Shown: piece after piece, positions 37,390 to 43,651 of the stretch
Layout of the letters: the number at the start of each line of letters is the position of its first letter
How positions within the stretch are numbered: position 1 is the stretch's first letter
DNA from: Pseudomonadota bacterium
GTDB lineage: Bacteria > Desulfobacterota > BSN033 > WVXP01 > G020346125
DNA: 43,651 nucleotides
Assembly: GCA_030608745.1 (NCBI GenBank)
Contig: JAUWDQ010000001.1
Coordinates: 1 to 43,651 of the forward strand
Direction: 5' to 3'
The notes under the pieces: model-generated
What the model saw: the letters and a program-made list of their open reading frames with translations, nothing else
The model's database searches: none
Told to the model about the DNA's origin: nothing
Translations under genes and position numbers: made by a program

Positions 37390-38280
37390 ATGCCGAAAGT
37401 TTCCGTTTGCATTCCCGCTTACAACCGCCCAGAAGTAGGGGAAACGATCGAGAGCGTACTGACGCAGACGTACCGCGACTTCGAGTTGATCGTGATAGAC
37501 GACGGCTCCCCCGACGAATCAACCTGGGAGGTGATTTCGTCTTACAGGAAGCCAGTTCGAGCCTTCCGGCAGGAGAACGCCGGCATAGCCGGGGCAAAGA
37601 ATGCCTGTGTGGCAAAGGCGAAAGGCGTACTGATCGCCTTCTGCGACCACGACGACCTGTGGCTCCCAAACAAGCTAGAACGCCAGGTAGCCATGTTTGA
37701 GGCCCAGCCTGAGGTTGGGTTCGTTTACTGTCGCTACTTCCTGTTCAGCGCCGACCGGGGAGACTTTAAGATCCGGCCCCGCAAAGGACTGGAGGGAGAC
37801 ATTTTCAACGCCATGCTCCTCAAGATCTTTGTGCAGACCTCCACCGCAATGATCCGCCGCACGGTCTGGGAGGCTGCGGGGCCTTACAACCCAAGCTACA
37901 TCATTGCGGACGACTACGACTTTTTCCTCCGAGTGGCGAGGGTAACGTCAGCCGCCTTCGTCAATGAAACATTAGTACGCTATCGTCTCCACCCTGAGAA
38001 CACAAGCCGCGCGGAACGGGCACCAGAGAGGTACAATGAGGAAATCCTGCGCATATACCAGTCGTGGTTGGCCCGGGACGACTTATCGCAGGTCGAACGG
38101 CGCATCGTCTCGCGCCGCATCGGCAAATATTACTACAACCTTGCCCAGATTGCTCGTAAGCTGGGGAAAACTGAGCACTGCTGGGCGATGCTTGCCAATG
38201 CCAGGCAATTCGACCCTTACAGGATTCGCTATATCAAACTTGCCGCGGGTGAATGGATCCGTCGGTCCCTTGGGCCGTAA
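37390..38280 (+). CDS. glycosyltransferase family 2
   Basis: It has SVCIPAYN...VIDDGSPDES...DHDD motifs. It is the only plus-strand gene in the island. GC is about 53-55 % in two hand-counted samples. Confidence 0.88.
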   Translation: MPKVSVCIPAYNRPEVGETIESVLTQTYRDFELIVIDDGSPDESTWEVISSYRKPVRAFRQENAGIAGAKNACVAKAKGVLIAFCDHDDLWLPNKLERQVAMFEAQPEVGFVYCRYFLFSADRGDFKIRPRKGLEGDIFNAMLLKIFVQTSTAMIRRTVWEAAGPYNPSYIIADDYDFFLRVARVTSAAFVNETLVRYRLHPENTSRAERAPERYNEEILRIYQSWLARDDLSQVERRIVSRRIGKYYYNLAQIARKLGKTEHCWAMLANARQFDPYRIRYIKLAAGEWIRRSLGP

Positions 38281-38409
38281 CTCAACCGCATCGCGAATAG
38301 CTCACTAAACCCCGATATATTTCTTAGGGCCCGCAAGGATTCCTGAGCAAACCTCCTCACCTTACCTTGGACATTAGATCGTGAGTACTTCTGGTCGTCA
38401 TCAGACCGG

Positions 38410-39582
38410 TCATTCAACTCGCACCCTCGGGCCCATTTCGGTGATGTGTTGATAAAAGGCCTCTACTTCTTTGGCTTGCTTTTCCAACCGGAATTCCCTG
38501 ATTGCCTTTTCCCGCCCCATTTGCCCCATCTGATTTCTCAGCGACTCGTTGGTTACGAGGGTTCGCAGGGCTGCACAGATGTTTTCAGGCGTGTCATCAA
38601 CAACAAAACCCGTCACACCATCGTCGACAATTTCAGGAAGCATCCCTCTCCGGGCGACCACTGCGGGTTTACCCATGGCCATAGCTTCCCTGAGGGCTCG
38701 GGCCGTCCCGTCTGAACCTGCCATCAAGAGGACAAAGATGTCCATGGCTGCCAGGGTATCAAGATAACTTTCCGTCTGATAACCTGCCAGAATGACATAG
38801 GCGTCAAGGCCGAACCGCCTGGTTGGCTCAATGACGCTCTCCTTGATCTGACTGCTTCTCCCAACCAAAAGCGCCTTGACATGGGGGAATTCCCTGACGA
38901 GCTTGGCCAGGGAGGCCAGGAAAACATCGGTTCTCCGATACTTCTGAAATCGCGCCACAATGCCAATAACCAAATCCTCTCCATTAATGTTGAACACCCT
39001 CCGCATATTCCGAAAAGGCCCCTCCGGATCATACCGTTCCAATTGCAGGGCAACCCCCACCCGACCCACCCTTTTTGCGGTAATGGGCAGTCTCGTCGAG
39101 TCTTTCTGTCGGGCCATTTCTGAAAAGGTGACAATCCCGTCTGTCAATCTCGACACAAGAAGGCAGTTTGCCCAGGATGGTTTGATGGCGTCTCTCTTAT
39201 GATCTGTCCTTATGACTACAGGCCTTTTCTTTGTCAGGTGTGCGGCCAGCCCCCCCAAAATATGATCATGAGAATTATGAACATTGATTAGATCAAATTC
39301 CTCGGTGTCAATAAATTTACGGAGGGCCCTCAAATCCCGAAGATTGTCAGCCAGGGCAAATCCCCGATGGCCCTTTCCCAAAGGTCGAAGCCGGAATTTG
39401 TCAGTAATCTGAAAATTCTTACCCGCAACCCGGTGGGCTATACTATCCTCAACCTCAAAAGGGGGAAATCGATATGCAAAGATCACTTGGTGCCCCCTTT
39501 TCTGCAGGGTTTCGCACAGATTGACTGTTGGTTCCGCGGGCCCTGTCCACTTCCAGTCGCTAAACAGATGCAGAATTTTCAT
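38410..39582 (-). CDS. glycosyltransferase family 4 (GT-B)
   Basis: It starts MKILHLFSD... and has a C-terminal EAMAMGKPVV.....E block. I place the start at ATG 39582 (GAGGA 5-6 nt upstream). The ORF-track GTG at 39594 lies inside that RBS. Confidence 0.85.
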   Translation of the reverse strand: MKILHLFSDWKWTGPAEPTVNLCETLQKRGHQVIFAYRFPPFEVEDSIAHRVAGKNFQITDKFRLRPLGKGHRGFALADNLRDLRALRKFIDTEEFDLINVHNSHDHILGGLAAHLTKKRPVVIRTDHKRDAIKPSWANCLLVSRLTDGIVTFSEMARQKDSTRLPITAKRVGRVGVALQLERYDPEGPFRNMRRVFNINGEDLVIGIVARFQKYRRTDVFLASLAKLVREFPHVKALLVGRSSQIKESVIEPTRRFGLDAYVILAGYQTESYLDTLAAMDIFVLLMAGSDGTARALREAMAMGKPAVVARRGMLPEIVDDGVTGFVVDDTPENICAALRTLVTNESLRNQMGQMGREKAIREFRLEKQAKEVEAFYQHITEMGPRVRVE

Positions 39583-39590
39583 GGATTTCC

Positions 39591-40790
39591 TCACGTCCGC
39601 ATACCTCCAGCAACCTCATGGTAGACCCGCAAGGTTCCCTCAACATTGGAAGTAGGCGAGTACTTTTCCATCCACTGCCTCGCGACAACCTGTGCCGCGC
39701 TACGACGGTCCTCATCAAAATAGAAAGCAATAGATTCGGCCAGGTCTTCTACATCGGCGGGATTCTCGAGAATCTTTCCCCCTTTGTTTGAGATGATGAC
39801 GTCGGCTGCCCCGTTGAACCGTGAGGTGATGACGGGAAGCCCGCTCGCCAAAGCCTCCAAAACGGTCAGGGAACAAGAGTCGTAAAACGTCGGATGAACA
39901 TAGATGTCGCTGGCCGCATAATACTGCTCCATCTCCTCGACGGACCCCAGAAAAAGAGTGAAATCTGAAACACCTAGTCTCCGGGCCATCCGCAGGTAGC
40001 GACCGATCCTTCCTCGACCTACGATCAGCAGGTGAAAAGGCTGGTTTGGAAACCATCGCCGCAGGTAGATCAGCGCATGCAAAAGGGGTTCAAGCCCCTT
40101 GAGACGGTAGTTGTTCCCTGCAAAGAGGAGAAGGAGAGCATTATCATCGATTCCCAAGCCATTCCGTTTTACCTTGCGAAAAACTTCCCTGTTTTTCGGA
40201 TGAAACCGATCAAGATCCACGCAGTTGAAAACAACCGTTATTTTCTCCTCGGGAACCCCATAGTATCGAATGATGTCTTCCTTAACCATTCGCGATATTG
40301 CTATGATTTTTTTTACCTTATCATTCACGTATTGTCTTCGCTGGACCCAGACCTTCACATAGTGCTGAAGAGAGAGATACCGTCTCAAGAATTTATACAC
40401 ATAATAGAACCTGTTGGTGATGGAAGAAAACTCCTGTTTAAGATAAGCCCTTTCCACACCACCATGGGGGTTAAAGATATTCATGGCAAGAGTTCGACCC
40501 ACCCCATGAATGATGTCAAAATCGTACTGCTGAATTGCATGAGCTGAATTACGGAGAAAGGAAAAGATCCTCAAACTGTGAGGATATCTCAATACCGGTA
40601 TTTGGTGTACCTGATACTCTGTTCCCGGAGTTATTTCTACAATTGTGGTAAAAATGTGAACCTCATGACCTCTGTTTGCGAGTTCCTTAGATAGCCAGGA
40701 AAAATAATTCTCTCCACCTCTCGATGGTAGATATCGATCCAGGACAAAAGCGATCTTCAATTTCCGAGATATAGTATTTACCTCCAGCAT
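39591..40790 (-). CDS. glycosyltransferase family 4 (GT-B)
   Basis: 399 aa. It has LKIAFVLDRY...GGE at the N-terminus and TVLEALASGLPVITS in the C-terminal half. Confidence 0.85.
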   Translation of the reverse strand: MLEVNTISRKLKIAFVLDRYLPSRGGENYFSWLSKELANRGHEVHIFTTIVEITPGTEYQVHQIPVLRYPHSLRIFSFLRNSAHAIQQYDFDIIHGVGRTLAMNIFNPHGGVERAYLKQEFSSITNRFYYVYKFLRRYLSLQHYVKVWVQRRQYVNDKVKKIIAISRMVKEDIIRYYGVPEEKITVVFNCVDLDRFHPKNREVFRKVKRNGLGIDDNALLLLFAGNNYRLKGLEPLLHALIYLRRWFPNQPFHLLIVGRGRIGRYLRMARRLGVSDFTLFLGSVEEMEQYYAASDIYVHPTFYDSCSLTVLEALASGLPVITSRFNGAADVIISNKGGKILENPADVEDLAESIAFYFDEDRRSAAQVVARQWMEKYSPTSNVEGTLRVYHEVAGGMRT

Positions 40791-40794
40791 GGTC

Positions 40795-41820
40795 TTAGAA
40801 ATTCAAAAAGCCACTTTCCTTACAAGTATGACAAATCGTCGGACTTTTTTTGATTTTATCTCGAACCTCTTGCCTGGCCAATCTGTATTTCTCATTATTC
40901 CAGATAAAGGCAAAGGGTTCCTCGAAAACATTTCCAAAGGCATGCCGTTCTCCATAAACTGCACAACAGGGAAGGACGGCCCCATCCCAATTAACGACCG
41001 CTGTCTTCCAAAGATGGTTACATTTCATCTGTTTCTTTTTCCCCTTCTTTTCAAGATCAAATGCGCAATATTTTGGATTTTCCGGAATCCAGTCTTTATC
41101 CCTTTCAATGGAATTCTCCACACTTTCGAATATTTCCTTTCCCATATCCGTTCTCATTCTGTTAATTCGGAGCTCCATGCCACAATCGTTAGCTAACTCC
41201 CTGATTTTTTCAACCTCATGTTCGTTATGCTTGAAAACATGGAAAAGAAGCACAATGCGCGTGTAACGGTTATCCAGTTTCTTCTTCGCTTCTAACAATT
41301 GACCGATGTTTGATACTACCTTATGAAAATCTCCACCTATACGATATTTTGAATACGTTTCTGGACTGGCCCCATCAAAAGAAATAAAAATTTTATCGAT
41401 ATGCGTGGAAATAAGAGCCTCCGCCATATTTTTGTCTAGTACGTTTAAATTTGTGCTGATGCAAACGGGAATATTCCCATCTTTTGCATATTGAATCATT
41501 TCGATTAAATCTTTATGCAATAAGGGCTCCCCCCAGTTGTACAATTCCAAATTGGTGAGGTAGCTTCCCACTTCATTGAGAACCTTTTTAAACCCTTCAA
41601 TTTTCATAAATCCTCTGGAAGCACCTTTATCACCCCTTCCCGTGGGACAGAGTGGACATTTTAAATTACAGACATTGCCTATATCAATAGTAAGTTTACT
41701 GGGGAAATAAAATAGACGGGAATGTCCCAAGAAGTATTGGATTTCCTTAACAATGAGATTGAAAATCTTTCGCGGGGTCAATATCTGCTTAAGAAATATC
41801 AGCTTGTTTATGAGCTTCAT
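40795..41820 (-). CDS. radical SAM protein with a C-terminal SPASM/twitch-like Cys-rich domain
   Basis: It has CxxxCxxC (GNVCNLKCPLCPTG). The C-terminal cysteines are CNHLW...VLPCC...ICHTC. GC is very low (about 32 % in two hand-counted 60-nt samples). Confidence 0.85.
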   Translation of the reverse strand: MKLINKLIFLKQILTPRKIFNLIVKEIQYFLGHSRLFYFPSKLTIDIGNVCNLKCPLCPTGRGDKGASRGFMKIEGFKKVLNEVGSYLTNLELYNWGEPLLHKDLIEMIQYAKDGNIPVCISTNLNVLDKNMAEALISTHIDKIFISFDGASPETYSKYRIGGDFHKVVSNIGQLLEAKKKLDNRYTRIVLLFHVFKHNEHEVEKIRELANDCGMELRINRMRTDMGKEIFESVENSIERDKDWIPENPKYCAFDLEKKGKKKQMKCNHLWKTAVVNWDGAVLPCCAVYGERHAFGNVFEEPFAFIWNNEKYRLARQEVRDKIKKSPTICHTCKESGFLNF

Positions 41821-42574
41821 ATTTATCTGTCCTTTTTAATGCCCCTTCCCAGACTCTGGCATATCTCATAAAAACATAAAACGAATATGCTATAGCATTA
41901 ATTAATCCGGGAATTCCGTCCCGGAAGCCTTGTTTGTAAATATAGGTCTCCAGGAACTTGATCGGAGGACGAACCATGAGATGAAACGGCGTTGCCTTTA
42001 TCCCCTTCCCTCTCATGATTTCCGCTGAAGCCTGAGAAAATTGATCGATCGTCTTCAGTTGATCGGATAGATTGCGGTAAGCAAAATGGAGAAGATCACT
42101 TCGGAGAGTTTTAGTATTCCCGGCAACCGTGACTTTTTCATGAAGTTGTTCCCCAGTCCATTTCCCCTTGCTTTTTCGAAACAGCCTCAACTGATAGTTA
42201 GGGTACCATCCTCCGTGATTAATCCAACGCCCCAAATAGTAGGTACGCCTGGGAATATAATAGCCATTTGCATCGCCATGGCTCTTTAACTCATCAATAA
42301 TTTCATCCCTCAAAGAAGGGGAGACCCTTTCGTCTGCATCGATACTCAAAATCCAGTTATGAGTGGCCTGGTGGAGTGCAAAATTCTTCTGATCCAGAAA
42401 CCCTGACCACGCTCGATGAAATACTTTGTCCGTATAAGACCGGCAGATCTGCACCGTTTTGTCTGTGCTGAAGGAATCCACTACAACAATTTCATCGGTC
42501 CACGTAACGTTTTCCAAACAGTCTTTGATGTTGTCTTCTTCGTTAAAGGTAATAACACAGGCGGTAATACCCAA
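41789..42574 (-). CDS. glycosyltransferase family 2 (WaaE/KdtX-like LPS core GT)
   Basis: It has ACVITFNEEDNI...VVVDSFSTD...SIDADE motifs. TTG start with GGAGGTGA upstream. Its 3' end overlaps the radical SAM start by 32 nt. Confidence 0.85.
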   Translation of the reverse strand: MGITACVITFNEEDNIKDCLENVTWTDEIVVVDSFSTDKTVQICRSYTDKVFHRAWSGFLDQKNFALHQATHNWILSIDADERVSPSLRDEIIDELKSHGDANGYYIPRRTYYLGRWINHGGWYPNYQLRLFRKSKGKWTGEQLHEKVTVAGNTKTLRSDLLHFAYRNLSDQLKTIDQFSQASAEIMRGKGIKATPFHLMVRPPIKFLETYIYKQGFRDGIPGLINAIAYSFYVFMRYARVWEGALKRTDKYEAHKQADIS

Positions 42575-42648
42575 AGGTCACCTCCTCAGACATAATTGAC
42601 TTGCCCCTCTGCCGGCCGCTCTCCATTTCACGGCAAGAAAGTACCTTT

Positions 42649-43651
42649 CTAAACGTCATCGGAATTTTCCCTCGATTCCAGAAGCATTTTTGCAGCCTCA
42701 AAGACGTCTTGACTGCTGATGGCCTTCATGCACTCCACATCCTTACATCCCCTGTTGCGGCAAGGGCTGCAAGACAGGTCTTTTCGGACTATGATATGGG
42801 GCGTTCCCTCATACGGCGCATTCACGATGGGATCGGTGGGTCCAAAAATCCCCACAACCGGGGTTTTAACGAGGGAGGCGATATGCATGGGACCAGTATC
42901 GTTTCCGACGTACACGCTACACCGCCTGAATATTTCCGCCAGCTGTTTGAGGGAATGGGTTTCGGGGGCAACCATGGAATCCCTTCTCATCCGGGCCCTT
43001 ACCTCATCCACCATCGCTCTCTCCCCCGGACCCCAGGTAAAGAGAACCGAAACCTTGAGCTCCTCCACAAGCCGATCGGCCAACTCTGTGTATTTAGTAG
43101 GCGACCACCGTTTATAGGTGGTTTTTGAACTCGTCCCTGGGTGGATGGCAACCAAGGGGCCTGACATCCCGGGGCGTCGACCCCGGAAAAATTGGTCCAC
43201 ATATTCCACATCTTCTTGAGATACATGGAGATCCACATCCCCTCTCCTCCCGTCCAGGCCTAAAGGGCCGAGCAGAGAGAAGTTTCTCTCAAAACGGCTT
43301 ATTCGATTGGATCTAGGGCTCACCCTCCGGTTATTAAAAAGGTGGTTCCACTCCTTACAATATCCCCGATCGAATCCCACCCGTTCTTTGGCACCGCTCA
43401 TGTAGCTGATCAGCCCACTCTTCAAAATACCGTGAAAGTCAAAGGCGATGTCGTAATACCTCCCCCTGAGCTCCCTGACAAATCGATATACCTCCCCGGT
43501 GGTCCTCAAAAAGCCAAGGGGATTGAGGAAACCCTTTTTCCATCTATTTCGCTGGAAAACGATGGTCTCGTCGATCTCGGGTTGATGCACCAAGACATCC
43601 CGGGCCTTCTCCTCTACCACCCAAGCAATGTGAGCCGTTGGAAACCTCTCC
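42649..43651 (-). CDS. GT9 heptosyltransferase-family protein, 5' end beyond the window
   Basis: GT9 motifs are present: GNDTGPMHIASL, GPTDP, CSPC. The frame stays open to the window edge (...ERFPTAHIAWVVEEKARD), so the N-terminus is missing. Confidence 0.85.
   Translation of the reverse strand, partial: ERFPTAHIAWVVEEKARDVLVHQPEIDETIVFQRNRWKKGFLNPLGFLRTTGEVYRFVRELRGRYYDIAFDFHGILKSGLISYMSGAKERVGFDRGYCKEWNHLFNNRRVSPRSNRISRFERNFSLLGPLGLDGRRGDVDLHVSQEDVEYVDQFFRGRRPGMSGPLVAIHPGTSSKTTYKRWSPTKYTELADRLVEELKVSVLFTWGPGERAMVDEVRARMRRDSMVAPETHSLKQLAEIFRRCSVYVGNDTGPMHIASLVKTPVVGIFGPTDPIVNAPYEGTPHIIVRKDLSCSPCRNRGCKDVECMKAISSQDVFEAAKMLLESRENSDDV

Noticed and set aside
38229-38417. 62-aa minus-strand ORF after the GT4 gene
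   Set aside because: It has a TTG start with no RBS, overlaps the 3' end of the convergent GT2 gene and matches no family.
40789-41196. 135-aa plus-strand ORF antisense to the radical SAM/SPASM gene
   Set aside because: It lies in a very AT-rich region and has Phe/Ile/Asn-rich shadow composition. The opposite strand carries clear radical SAM motifs.
1-43651. A search for CRISPR arrays, tRNA/rRNA genes, IS elements and known defence-system genes
   Set aside because: By eye I found no regularly spaced direct repeats, no cloverleaf-capable spacers, and no transposase-, integrase- or nuclease-like ORFs. The largest non-coding gaps (6556-6884, 28231-28601, 37070-37389) are accounted for by promoters or are reported separately.

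Overview
This is a 43.65-kb bacterial chromosomal window. My hand counts on 60-nt samples give about 50-55 % GC in the core genes. The synteny (argB-argD-argF-argG, xerC-hslV-hslU, leuS-lptE-holA, rpsT, murJ) fits a Gram-negative genome, perhaps Desulfobacterota- or Nitrospirota-like, but that taxonomy is inference only.

The window falls into three blocks:
- 1-7.9 kb, plus strand: an accessory metabolic cluster. It holds an SCP-x-type thiolase with its DUF35 partner, a family III CoA-transferase whose reading frame is broken once, and a cytoplasmic acetylene-hydratase-like Mo/W bis-pyranopterin enzyme with no electron-transfer partner genes. Two XdhC-type cofactor-insertion genes follow, then an orphan MinD/FlhG-like ATPase behind a near-consensus sigma54 promoter.
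- 7.9-27.3 kb, almost entirely minus strand: ordinary housekeeping and envelope genes. These are an SDR, hldC, hldA, waaF, a B12-binding radical SAM gene, a PK-C-domain protein, murJ, rpsT, holA, lptE, leuS, argG/F/D/B, hslU/V and xerC.
- 27.4-43.65 kb: an IclR regulator, a 365-nt unexplained spacer, a dodecin gene, then an LPS/glycan island of more than 14.7 kb that runs off the window. The island holds a second hldA, a DegT aminotransferase, methyltransferases, seven glycosyltransferases, a tandem WaaP/Kdo-kinase fusion and a radical SAM/SPASM enzyme, and its GC content is visibly mosaic.

I found no rRNA, tRNA, CRISPR array, transposase, phage-type integrase cassette, toxin-antitoxin pair or recognisable defence system.

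The best candidates for something undescribed are:
- the acetylene-hydratase-like enzyme with XdhC genes and an acyl-CoA module;
- the two radical SAM enzymes wired into heptose/LPS operons;
- the repeat-rich, helix-forming spacer at 28.2-28.45 kb.

None of these is proven by sequence alone. Two single-base frame breaks sit at A/T homopolymers (2119-2122 and 31556-31563). They may be assembly indels rather than biology.
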